A stretch of DNA of 39,587 bases from a bacterium (GCA_046093685.1 JBJTFZ010000167.1:1-39587); one strand, 5' to 3'. Counted from the stretch's first letter, positions 16,619 to 26,022 are shown. Numbers and translations are program-made. The notes: generated by a model not told the origin, from the sequence alone.

Positions 16619-19600
16619 ATGAAAGTATTTTACCGAATTCTGTTCAGTTTCATAATATTGTTGTGTGTGAATGATGCATCCGCACAATTGACCTCTCATG
16701 CTCTTTCGAATCGTCGCATCGGTTATGCCAATGATGCATCAGCCGTGAGTTGGAATCCGGCTTTATTGGGGATGGTGCAAGGGACAGACTTACTTTTTGC
16801 TTCGATGCATGACAAGCAATTCAATGTGATGCCTCAATATGCCGGTTTTCTGAAATTTGGTGGATTGGCCGGTGGAATCATCCTTCCAACAGATTCTGTA
16901 TCTCTGTTTCAACCTGGAATTCCAATGACGCTTCATGCGGGCTATGGATTTCCACTCATCAGTGATTATGTATGGATAGGGGGAGCCGGAAAATATTCTG
17001 ATGATGGAACGGTGAATGTTCGATATGCAGCATCATTGATGCTATCTCTTCATTCAAGTTTTTACCTTTCAGGCGGTATCGACAATCTCTATACAAGAAA
17101 TGAAAATCATAGAGTGATGTCTTTCATGGGTGCATATTCACCGCTTGATTGGCTCACAATCCATGCGAGAGTTCTGTATTCGCAAGATTCAGTGTTGTTC
17201 GCAGGCAAGGAGATTTCACCCGAACTAGGAGTAAGTGCAGGAGTGTTGAGCAATTTCCTTGTTGCTTCTGCATCCTATAATCCCACATATAATCAAATGC
17301 GTCTCGGTTTGGAAATGAATCTCGGACCCATTTCCGTTGGTACGCTCAACAATTTCAATACGGCTTCTGGTAATGCAGATAGTTATGGTTATGGTGTGGC
17401 ACTTGCCCGACTCAATTTTTCGGGACATAAAGCCATAGCCCCCGCACGCAAAGGTCTGCCGTCATTTATTTGCCATCCCGAAGAATTACGTTGGCAACCC
17501 AATTTCCCAAATGGTAAAAAAGAATTGTTCGGCATTATGAAGGAACATGGTGGTGAACATGAAGACATAGCCGATGACTTGGAGTCAGATCTCAAAAATG
17601 CAGATCATGTGAATGACACCATACATGCCAGACATTATGCCCGCTTTGAAACGAAGGCAACCACCGGAGGAATTCCACAAAGGCTTCTTGGACATAAAAA
17701 TCCTGATTATGCAGTGATTGGTCTTGCCAATGATACTACAAAGGATATGATGTCCATGAAGGTGCGAGTTCAGGACAAAACAGGAAGAATGATTGCAAAT
17801 GTCAGTGATTCTGCATTCACTGTTTCAGACACAACAATGCGCATAGTATCTGTAATGCAAGCGGTTGCAGATAATCCTGTACCGGTTGACTTTGTGATAT
17901 TGATGGACTGTTCCGGTAGCATGGGAGATGAGATTGATGAAGTGAGAGCAAATGTCTCATCATTTGTGCAAAAACTCAAAGGAGGGGGCATTGATTATAA
18001 TCTCGGTTGTATTCTCTATGGTGAGTCCATTTTTGGAATCTTGGAACCCACACCGGATCTGAATCAATTCACCACTTTTTTCCAGCAGGCCGGTGCAATA
18101 GGCATGGATGAAATAACATCCACTGCCATTGAAAGAGCAACCCAGATGAATTTAAGACCGACGGCTCAAAGAATTTTCATTCTGATAACCGATGAATGCG
18201 CGATTCAAAAAAATGGAAGCAATACTGAAATATCTCTTCTCAAGAAATTATGGGATAAGGGGATAAAATTATACTCAGTCGTCAACACCGCTGAAAACAA
18301 TGGTGCGGTCATGACAAGGCTAAGTCTGGGAAAAGAATTCAGCATTCGCCAACCATTCACTTCAATTCTCAATGAAATTGCAAAAGATGTAAGTACAACT
18401 TATGATGTTCGATTGCAACCGAAAGAAAAACCACTTCCACCAAAAGTAACTGTCTTGAAAGGATTGATCAGAGGTGATGACGGAGAAATCATCAAAGGGT
18501 CACTTTCACTGTCCATGCTCACTCCTACACCAATGATAGACAGCATCAATGCTAGGTCCCATGGATATTCATTTGTCATTCCAAATCATGCTCCTTCAGA
18601 GTTGTCTGTGAAGGCCGATGGATACAGACCATATTCCGAAATTGTTGATTTTACTTATGTGATGAAGGGTGATACGCTTATCAAGGACATTATCCTCAAG
18701 AAGAGAATACGAACAATCGTAGCGAATATGGTTGATACTTTGGGGAATACTCTGATCGGAGAAATGAAGTTATCGGATAATGTCACGATGCAAACAACAA
18801 CTATGATACCCGCATCCACATCTGGATATCACGGAGTGATGATTCCTCCCGGAAAAGCATATACCATGAAAGGAAATGTATCAAATTATTCATGCGAAGA
18901 ATTGCAAATCAATGAAGATGTCTTTAAACAATCTGACACCGTTGTACTTTCAATGCGATGCAGAGAGCAAGATGTTTTTATTTCAGGATATGTGGTTGAT
19001 GAAAATGGCATGTTCACCAAGAGCACATTGATAATTGAAGATGTGTTAACAGGCATGAAAGTCAGCACGATTGAAACCGATGCCTCCGGATATTATTCCA
19101 TTCTTCTCAGGCCGGGTCGTGATTACCGTTTTACACCCATGAAAAAAGATTTCATCCCCGAATCAAAAGAATTTATCGCAAGTCAATTGAAGCCCGGAAT
19201 GCAGTTGTCGCATAATCCTCAGTTGACATCAATCAAACAAGCGATTTCAAAAGGAATGACATTTTCGCTTAAGAATATATTCTTCGATTCAAATAAATCA
19301 GACATAAAACCGGAAAGTGAAGCGGAACTTCAAAAATTATTGAAATTCATGAATGATAATCCATCTGTTTGCTTAGAAATAAGTGCTCATACCGATGATG
19401 TGGGATCAGTGAATGACAATGAATCTTTGTCGCAAAGAAGAGCTGAATCCGTTGTGAAATATTTGAATTCGAATGGCATTGAACCAAGGAGACTTACTGC
19501 AAAGGGCTATGGAGAACTCAAGCCCATCGCGGACAATAAAGAAGAAGCAGGTCGCCTGCAAAACAGAAGAGTTGAATTTGCACTCATCAATTGCAAGTGA
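16619..19600 (+). CDS. P3: OmpA-family protein with N-terminal barrel-like module, vWA domain and three CarboxypepD_reg-like repeats
   Basis: ATG 16619 gives signal peptide MKVFYRILFSFIILLCVNDASA. A divergent copy of the shared module follows (NDASAVSWNPALLGM ... GVALARLNF). The vWA domain carries a MIDAS DCSGS motif at 17906-17920 (VDFVILMDCSGSMGDEI). Three repeats at about 18452-19200 have the I.G.V.D..G...TD..GYY...PG.Y pattern, the clearest being ISGYVVDENG..TDASGYYSILLRPGRDYRF. A canonical OmpA_C domain lies at about 19252-19597 (NIFFDSNKSDI...ISAHTDDVGS...N..LSQRRAESV..YL...G....L.AKGYGE..P......EAGRLQNRRVEF). Confidence 0.85.
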   Translation: MKVFYRILFSFIILLCVNDASAQLTSHALSNRRIGYANDASAVSWNPALLGMVQGTDLLFASMHDKQFNVMPQYAGFLKFGGLAGGIILPTDSVSLFQPGIPMTLHAGYGFPLISDYVWIGGAGKYSDDGTVNVRYAASLMLSLHSSFYLSGGIDNLYTRNENHRVMSFMGAYSPLDWLTIHARVLYSQDSVLFAGKEISPELGVSAGVLSNFLVASASYNPTYNQMRLGLEMNLGPISVGTLNNFNTASGNADSYGYGVALARLNFSGHKAIAPARKGLPSFICHPEELRWQPNFPNGKKELFGIMKEHGGEHEDIADDLESDLKNADHVNDTIHARHYARFETKATTGGIPQRLLGHKNPDYAVIGLANDTTKDMMSMKVRVQDKTGRMIANVSDSAFTVSDTTMRIVSVMQAVADNPVPVDFVILMDCSGSMGDEIDEVRANVSSFVQKLKGGGIDYNLGCILYGESIFGILEPTPDLNQFTTFFQQAGAIGMDEITSTAIERATQMNLRPTAQRIFILITDECAIQKNGSNTEISLLKKLWDKGIKLYSVVNTAENNGAVMTRLSLGKEFSIRQPFTSILNEIAKDVSTTYDVRLQPKEKPLPPKVTVLKGLIRGDDGEIIKGSLSLSMLTPTPMIDSINARSHGYSFVIPNHAPSELSVKADGYRPYSEIVDFTYVMKGDTLIKDIILKKRIRTIVANMVDTLGNTLIGEMKLSDNVTMQTTTMIPASTSGYHGVMIPPGKAYTMKGNVSNYSCEELQINEDVFKQSDTVVLSMRCREQDVFISGYVVDENGMFTKSTLIIEDVLTGMKVSTIETDASGYYSILLRPGRDYRFTPMKKDFIPESKEFIASQLKPGMQLSHNPQLTSIKQAISKGMTFSLKNIFFDSNKSDIKPESEAELQKLLKFMNDNPSVCLEISAHTDDVGSVNDNESLSQRRAESVVKYLNSNGIEPRRLTAKGYGELKPIADNKEEAGRLQNRRVEFALINCK

Positions 19601-19648
19601 CTCTCCGAAAATTGAGTAAATTGTAGGCGATTATCGCAGAGAATCTCC

Positions 19649-21817
19649 ATGGCAAAAACACTCATAACAGCGGCATTGCCGTATGTCAACAGTTATATTC
19701 ATCTCGGACATTTGGCAGGTGCATATTTACCTGCTGACATGTATGCTAGATTTCTCCGTCTCACCGGAAGAGAAGTGTTGTTTGTCTGTGGATCCGATGA
19801 ACATGGCGTTGCAATAACCATCAGTGCGGAAAAAGAGAAGACCACCCCTCAAGCAATCATCGATAAATATCATCCCATGAATGAACAGGCATTTGCCGGT
19901 TTTGGGATGAGTTTCGACATATACTCTCGCACTTCGCTTCCAACTCATCATGAAACAGCCAAAGAATTTTTCAAAGATTGGTTGAAAAAAGGATTGCTCA
20001 TTGAAAAAGAAGAGCCGCAATTTTTTGATGAGTCGGCTAATATGTTTCTTCCCGATAGATATGTGGAGGGAATATGTCCAAATTGCAAGAAAGACGGAGC
20101 TCGCGGAGATCAATGTGATAGTTGCGGTGCAACCTATGAGCAAACGGCATTGATTTCTCCGAAAAGTGTGATCAGCGGAAAAACACCAATCGTGAAATCC
20201 ACAAAACATTGGTATTTCAAGATGGGAAATTTTCAGCGACAATTGGAAGATTATATTGAATCTCATTCCGGGGATTGGAAGGACAATGTTTTGCAACAAA
20301 GTCGCTCATGGCTAAAGCAAGGCCTGAATGACAGGGCAGCAACTCGCGACATGAAATGGGGAATTCAAGTTCCTGTGGATGGTGCAGATGGAAAAGTTAT
20401 TTATGTGTGGTTCGAAGCAGTATTGGGATATATCTCAGCTACCAAGCATTGGGCTCAGAATAATGGTCTTGATGAACATGCATGGAAAGATTGGTGGTCC
20501 GAACCAAAAGGCGAAGACAGAAATTATGTCGCCTTCCTTGGCAAAGACAATATCGTTTTTCATACGTTGATTTTTCCGATGCTCCTCATGTCCAAAGGTG
20601 ACATGATTCTTCCGCAATATGTTCCGGCAAATGAATTCCTGAATTTTGAAGGAAAGAAGTTCTACAAATCAAACAATTGGGGAATTTTCCTTCGAGACTA
20701 TCAACAGGATTTTCCGGGGGAAAGCAATGCGGATATCCTTCGTTATGCACTTGCAACAAATCTTCCTGAAACCAAAGACAGTGATTTCACTTGGAAAGAT
20801 TTTCAGGCGAAGACCAATAATGAACTTGCTGCAATTCCGGGGAATTTCATCAATCGGGTCACGCAATTCCTGACAAAGAATTTTGATTCGAAGGTTCCTG
20901 AGCTCAATGGCATATATGAGAATCTTCCTGAAACATGGAAAATGCTGATGAACCATTTTGCCCAACAGGAATGGTCATCAAAGGATGAAATGCTTTTATC
21001 CATCCCTCAGGAATGCAAAGTTACATTGAATGATCATGATTGTTTGATGCTTGCTTCATTGTATTGGGGAATGCATGCAACTGCTCAGCATTATCATGCA
21101 TTCAGACTTCGTGATGCCGTGATGGAAACAATGAACATCGCTAGAGCCGCGAATAAATACTTCAATGATGCCGAGCCATGGAAGTCAATAAAAAACAATC
21201 CTGAAGAGTGCGCCATGACATTGTATGTATGTTCGCAAGTGTTGCATGCTTTGTCCATTGCATTTGCTCCTATCATTCCACATTCAGCAAAAAAGATTGC
21301 AGAAGCATGTGGTCAGGAAGCACTAACAGGAGAGCGAAATTCCATCGGTTTGAATACATGGCATTGGATTGCTCAACCCGTTTTATCAACAGGACAATTC
21401 ATCCAACAACCGCCAATTCTTTTTTCAAAACTTGAAGATTCAGTCATAGAAGCAAAACTTATGTCCATGGAACAATCGACACAACCCGCAGATGATTTGA
21501 TCACGATAGATGATTTCAAGAAAGTGAAGTTGCGCACCGCGAAAATCATCGAAGCTGAAGCAGTTCCGAAAAGTGAAAAATTGGTCAAGCTTAAAGTTGA
21601 TCTTGGCAATGAGCAAAGACAAATTCTTGCGGGGATTGCAAAACATTATGCGCCCGATGCTCTCATTGGGAAGACTATTGTGATTGTTGCCAATCTCAAA
21701 CCTGCAAAGCTGATGGGCATGGAGTCGCAGGGAATGTTGCTTGCGGCAAATGCTGAAGACGGTTCTTTAGGTCTCGTCATACCCGAAATTGATATTATTG
21801 GATCAGAAGTTCGCTGA
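19649..21817 (+). CDS. metG: Methionine--tRNA ligase with C-terminal tRNA-binding (EMAP/Trbp111-like) domain
   Basis: Contains ALPYVNSYIHLGHL (HIGH), the zinc knuckle CPNCKK...CDSCG, a KFYKS (KMSKS-type) loop and a C-terminal OB domain (IDDFKKVKLRTAKI..AE.V.KSEKL.KL.VDLG...RQI.AGI). Confidence 0.95.
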   Translation: MAKTLITAALPYVNSYIHLGHLAGAYLPADMYARFLRLTGREVLFVCGSDEHGVAITISAEKEKTTPQAIIDKYHPMNEQAFAGFGMSFDIYSRTSLPTHHETAKEFFKDWLKKGLLIEKEEPQFFDESANMFLPDRYVEGICPNCKKDGARGDQCDSCGATYEQTALISPKSVISGKTPIVKSTKHWYFKMGNFQRQLEDYIESHSGDWKDNVLQQSRSWLKQGLNDRAATRDMKWGIQVPVDGADGKVIYVWFEAVLGYISATKHWAQNNGLDEHAWKDWWSEPKGEDRNYVAFLGKDNIVFHTLIFPMLLMSKGDMILPQYVPANEFLNFEGKKFYKSNNWGIFLRDYQQDFPGESNADILRYALATNLPETKDSDFTWKDFQAKTNNELAAIPGNFINRVTQFLTKNFDSKVPELNGIYENLPETWKMLMNHFAQQEWSSKDEMLLSIPQECKVTLNDHDCLMLASLYWGMHATAQHYHAFRLRDAVMETMNIARAANKYFNDAEPWKSIKNNPEECAMTLYVCSQVLHALSIAFAPIIPHSAKKIAEACGQEALTGERNSIGLNTWHWIAQPVLSTGQFIQQPPILFSKLEDSVIEAKLMSMEQSTQPADDLITIDDFKKVKLRTAKIIEAEAVPKSEKLVKLKVDLGNEQRQILAGIAKHYAPDALIGKTIVIVANLKPAKLMGMESQGMLLAANAEDGSLGLVIPEIDIIGSEVR

Positions 21818-21825
21818 GGAAAATC

Positions 21826-22236
21826 ATGAAAGCACTTGTTGAATGGAAAGGCGGAATGGTATTGGAAGGGAAGAATGCCGAAGGCATGTCTACTTTTTTT
21901 GATTCACATCATTCTGCGCAAGAGTATGCAACGCCGATGGAAATCATGCTACAGGCAATGGCATCATGTTCCATCATGGATGTTGTCAGTATTTTGGAGA
22001 AAAAGCGAAAGACCATCATCGCTTTGAATGTGGAAGTTGACTCGGATAGAGCCGAAAATCATCCCAAAGTTTTCACGGCCGTACGATTGAAATATTCATT
22101 GATCAGTCCGGATGCCGAGTTGAAGGATTTGGAGAGATCTGTTGAACTTTCCCAACATTCCTATTGCAGTGCATCTGCCATGTTTCAAAAGGCCGGTTGT
22201 GAAGTTTCATGGATTTGCGAAGTCAGTCAATCCTGA
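21826..22236 (+). CDS. OsmC family protein (peroxiredoxin-like)
   Basis: 136 aa with the two conserved Cys contexts typical of OsmC/Ohr-fold proteins (LQAMASCSIMDV and LSQHSYCSAS). Confidence 0.8.
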   Translation: MKALVEWKGGMVLEGKNAEGMSTFFDSHHSAQEYATPMEIMLQAMASCSIMDVVSILEKKRKTIIALNVEVDSDRAENHPKVFTAVRLKYSLISPDAELKDLERSVELSQHSYCSASAMFQKAGCEVSWICEVSQS

Positions 22237-23119
22237 TATTGCCCAAGACTTTCAATCGTTCCATTCTGGCCTTTTCATTCTGCATGAGCCATTCATCTTG
22301 ACTCAAGATCTCGTATGCAGATTCAAAAAATGGAACGGAATGATCCACTCGGCCTTTCGCCAGCAAACATTCACCGATTTCTTCGGAAAGATATCCATCA
22401 TTCGGAAGATCCCTTTGTTTTCTTTCTTCCGCAATCACATATAATTCACGAAGAGCCTCATCCGGTCTTTCAAGCAGACGCAACATTTTGGCCATGGACC
22501 AATGAGCAATCAATGCTTCCTCATGTCGATTCCTTTCTCTGTACCATATTTCATCATTCAAAAAACATTGCAGGGCTTCTTCATATCTTTCCAAACCATA
22601 TAATGTCCACCCCACATTATTGTAGAGGGCTCCAAGCCAACTTTTGGCTTTCATGTCATTTGATTGCTCGGCATATCGCATTGCCTTGAAATTCCAATCG
22701 AGTGATTCATCACCCGTGGAGACAATACCGAGCATGTGAGCAGCATCTACAGCGTAAAAGTCACATCCGTTCATGGTTGCATCATTCCAGGCAGTCATGA
22801 AATCAGAAACTCCACGGTCTTCCATGTTCATGGAATTCAACAATCTACCTCTCTCAATATGTAATCGTATCCGTGGAACGATTTGTTCTAGGGGATCGAG
22901 CTTTTCAATCAGTGGTTGAACTTTTGATAAATATATTTCACAACCTTCTTTGTCCCTCAATAAACTTCTGCATCTGCCCAATTGAGTGTACAATTGTGGA
23001 AGCAGAGTTTTGTCCTCATGAGTGATGAGAAGTTTCTCATATTCCTTGAATATGATTTCCGTGGACATTGGATCTTGAAATCTCCACTCTCGGTCAAATT
23101 CATGTGGTGCAAAATTCAT
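22223..23119 (-). CDS. Hypothetical TPR-like helical-repeat protein
   Basis: About 298 aa, cytoplasmic, with helical-repeat character (WLGALYNNVGWTLYGLERYEEALQCF, AHWSMAKMLRLLERPDEALREL). I use ATG 23119, which forms an ATGA overlap with the stop of the upstream ABC ATPase (23116-23119). The track's 23152 start would overlap that gene by 37 nt. No specific function recognised. Confidence 0.6.
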   Translation of the reverse strand: MNFAPHEFDREWRFQDPMSTEIIFKEYEKLLITHEDKTLLPQLYTQLGRCRSLLRDKEGCEIYLSKVQPLIEKLDPLEQIVPRIRLHIERGRLLNSMNMEDRGVSDFMTAWNDATMNGCDFYAVDAAHMLGIVSTGDESLDWNFKAMRYAEQSNDMKAKSWLGALYNNVGWTLYGLERYEEALQCFLNDEIWYRERNRHEEALIAHWSMAKMLRLLERPDEALRELYVIAEERKQRDLPNDGYLSEEIGECLLAKGRVDHSVPFFESAYEILSQDEWLMQNEKARMERLKVLGNIRID

Positions 23120-24210
23120 AGTCTCATTCCTGAATCGGAATCGAATACACAAATATGTTTATTGTCGAAATGAATGTCCAAAGGCATTCCTGCAACATAA
23201 GATTCGGAAACCGGAATCCGCATCGACTTTCTACTTCCCCCTGACATCATGTGCAGAATCATTTCATGACCATGATATTCTCTTTGCTCGACGATGGTTT
23301 TCCACACAGGATCATCATTTCCATAGGGATGTGGTGAGCAATGCTCCGGGCGTATTCCTACAGTGATGGTATTCGGAATTGTTTTGCCGGAAGAGAGAAC
23401 GGATGCAGGTAATATGAATCGTGCTCCATCATGATGTTCTGCAAAATGCAATGTACCTTCCTCGAGAGTAATCGTACCGGTAAAGAAATTCATTGTAGGA
23501 CTACCCAAAAAACCTGCGACGAATACATTTGCGGGAGACTCATAAATATCCTGAGGTTTTCCGATCTGCATCAGACGCCCTTTATTCAATACAGCAATTC
23601 TATCACCCATTGTCATCGCTTCCGCTTGATCATGCGTGACATAAATTCCGGTGATGCCGAGTCTCTTTTGAAGATTGACGATTTCTGCTCGCATGTGAAC
23701 ACGCAATTGTGCATCGAGATTTGATAGAGGTTCATCGAATAAAAAGACTCGTGGCGTACGAATGATTGCCCTTCCGAGAGCTACTCTTTGCCTTTGCCCG
23801 CCAGACAATTGTTTCGGTTTCCTTTCCAATAATGTTTCCAGGCCGACGAGTGTGGCCACCTCTTGTACTTTTTGCTGTATGTCTTTTTTGTTCACTTTAC
23901 GGAGCGTCAGGGGAAATGCGAGATTTTCTCCAACGGATAAATGAGGATACAGCGCATAATTTTGGAATACCATTCCGATGTCTCTTGCTTTGGCGGGCAT
24001 ATCATTGACGATAAGATCATCAAAAAGCAATTCTCCACCAGTTATTTCTTCGAGACCCGCAATCATCCGCAAAACAGTGCTTTTCCCGCAACCTGATGGA
24101 CCAACGAGCACAAGCAATTCTCCGGGTTCAACAGTGAGAGACAAATCGGGGATAATATTTGTACCCGACTCATATTCCTTGACAATATTTCTAAGTATTA
24201 CTTGTGTCAT
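23116..24210 (-). CDS. ABC transporter ATP-binding protein, MalK/UgpC-type with C-terminal regulatory (TOBE-like) domain
   Basis: Walker A GPSGCGKST, Q-loop, signature LSGGQRQRVALGRA, Walker B VFLFDEPLSNLD and H-loop VTHD. A ~120-aa C-terminal extension resembles that of carbohydrate-importer ATPases. No cognate permease or binding protein is present in the window. Confidence 0.88.
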   Translation of the reverse strand: MTQVILRNIVKEYESGTNIIPDLSLTVEPGELLVLVGPSGCGKSTVLRMIAGLEEITGGELLFDDLIVNDMPAKARDIGMVFQNYALYPHLSVGENLAFPLTLRKVNKKDIQQKVQEVATLVGLETLLERKPKQLSGGQRQRVALGRAIIRTPRVFLFDEPLSNLDAQLRVHMRAEIVNLQKRLGITGIYVTHDQAEAMTMGDRIAVLNKGRLMQIGKPQDIYESPANVFVAGFLGSPTMNFFTGTITLEEGTLHFAEHHDGARFILPASVLSSGKTIPNTITVGIRPEHCSPHPYGNDDPVWKTIVEQREYHGHEMILHMMSGGSRKSMRIPVSESYVAGMPLDIHFDNKHICVFDSDSGMRL

Positions 24211-24234
24211 GACATGTATTTCCCAAAAATGGAA

Positions 24235-26022
24235 TTATCTCAATTGTAAAGCGCAAAGGTGAGCATATACACCGTTTTTTGCAAGAAGTTCATCATGTGT
24301 TCCGTATTCAATGATTGTACCTTTGGAGAACACTGCAATTGCATTGCAATCTTTGATTGTTGAAAGCCTATGCGCAATGATGATTGTCGTTCGGGAGGTC
24401 ATCAATCGTTCCAATGCTTCGCTGATCAAGTGTTCAGAAGAAGAGTCAAGAGAACTTGTAGCTTCATCTAAAATCAAAATAGGTGGATTTTTCAAAATGG
24501 CGCGAGCGATGGCGATTCTTTGTCTTTGCCCACCTGAAAGAGTTATGCCTCTTTCTCCGACAATGGTTTCATAGCCTTCGGGAAATCGTTCAATGAATTC
24601 TTTTGCATTAGCAAGCTCTGCGGCATGTTGAATGTCTTCAATGCTCGCATGTATATCACCATAGCGAATATTATCTGCTATGGTCCCGCCAAAAAGCACG
24701 ATATCTTGTGGTACGATTCCGATTGATGCTCGAATACAGGCCAAACCAAGTTCGGAAGCAGGAATGTCATCATACAATATCATTCCTTCTGTCGGCTGAT
24801 AAAATTGCTGAATTAAAGAAGCGGTGGTGCTTTTCCCCGCACCGCTTTCACCCACGAATGCTATTCTTTGTCCGGATTTGATATCCAAATCGATTGATTG
24901 CAATGCCGGAATATCTGTGCGAGAAGGATAGCTGAATGACACATTCTTAAGTGTGACGGAATGCAGAGGCCTGAACATTGAGGTATCCTCCACTTCGAGC
25001 ATGTCCTCAGTATTGGTATCCAAGATTTCTTTTAGTCGCACCGAAGCTCCCAAAGCTTTTTGAATTTGTCCGAGCAGTTCAGCGAAGCTTCCCATTGCAC
25101 CGCCAACAAACATTGCATAAATCAAGAATGTGGCGAAATCTCCGATCGTGATGGTGCCTTGCTGAACGAGACTGCCCCCATACCAAATGACACCGGCTAT
25201 ACCACCAAAGAAGGTGAATAATATGAATGAAACAAATGCCGATCTCAATCGAGCTGTTCGTATTGCAAGTTCAATCACATGTTTGAGTGCTCCTTTATAG
25301 CGTTCTTTTTCATATCGTTCATTGGTGAATGATTTTACGCTTGCGATTGCCTGTAAGGTTTCTTCGATGATTGTTGCCGAAGATGCAAGCGCATCTTGTG
25401 TTTTCATGCTTTGTTTTCGGATGAATCTGCCAAACATGACGGCTATCAGAACCAAGATAGGCAATGCCAAGAGTACCGGCAATGCAAGACTTAGTCCGGC
25501 CGTCAGAATGAAACCAATGCCTCCGATGAGAAAGATTGTTTGCCGAAGCAATTCAAGAATCGTGAAGGCGAATGTTTCTTGTATTTGTGAAAGATCCGAA
25601 GAAAGCCTGGATGACAATTCGCCTACCCTTCGCTCGGCAAAGAAATGCATCGGGAGGCGGATGATGTGATTGAAAGCCTTTGTCCGTAATTCAGCCAAGG
25701 AAGTCTCTGTTATGCGAGCAATCGTCATTGATGCAAAAAAACGGATGGTGCTTTGCACTGCGATGAGGATCAACAATCCGATTGCAAGCATTCCCGGTGA
25801 TGGCGAAATCCCAAAGAATGAGTGCGAAGTTTCGGGATGAATGAAACCATCCAGCATGGTTCCAATCATGGCAGGGAAAATGAGCCCTATGGATGCCGTT
25901 ATCAACATCGTTACCAAGGCCACGATGCCTTTGAAAGCATAAGGTTTATAAAAACTCAATAAAAATCTGATTTGAGCACCGGCTTCGCCACGGTCCAATC
26001 TTTGTGAGGGTTCTTTTTTCAT
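24235..26022 (-). CDS. ABC exporter, fused permease/ATPase (MsbA / ABCB-type)
   Basis: Six-TM N-terminal domain followed by an NBD with [23 protein letters not shown] and ILILDEATSSLD. ATG 26022 (MKKEPSQ) is preferred over the 26088 extension. Confidence 0.88.
   Translation of the reverse strand: MKKEPSQRLDRGEAGAQIRFLLSFYKPYAFKGIVALVTMLITASIGLIFPAMIGTMLDGFIHPETSHSFFGISPSPGMLAIGLLILIAVQSTIRFFASMTIARITETSLAELRTKAFNHIIRLPMHFFAERRVGELSSRLSSDLSQIQETFAFTILELLRQTIFLIGGIGFILTAGLSLALPVLLALPILVLIAVMFGRFIRKQSMKTQDALASSATIIEETLQAIASVKSFTNERYEKERYKGALKHVIELAIRTARLRSAFVSFILFTFFGGIAGVIWYGGSLVQQGTITIGDFATFLIYAMFVGGAMGSFAELLGQIQKALGASVRLKEILDTNTEDMLEVEDTSMFRPLHSVTLKNVSFSYPSRTDIPALQSIDLDIKSGQRIAFVGESGAGKSTTASLIQQFYQPTEGMILYDDIPASELGLACIRASIGIVPQDIVLFGGTIADNIRYGDIHASIEDIQHAAELANAKEFIERFPEGYETIVGERGITLSGGQRQRIAIARAILKNPPILILDEATSSLDSSSEHLISEALERLMTSRTTIIIAHRLSTIKDCNAIAVFSKGTIIEYGTHDELLAKNGVYAHLCALQLR

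Noticed and set aside
16619-19600. Calling P3 (and P1/P2) outright as T9SS components (PorP/PorV/PorE-type).
   Set aside because: The resemblance rests on a short N-terminal NPA box and on domain order, both recalled from memory. No other T9SS genes are present in the window. I keep it as a hypothesis in the findings rather than as an annotation.
23120-23152. The 23152 start of the TPR-like ORF, which overlaps the ABC ATPase by 37 nt.
   Set aside because: ATG 23119 gives a classic ATGA stop/start junction. The extra 11 residues (MCIRFRFRNET) look like out-of-frame read-through of the ATPase 3' end.
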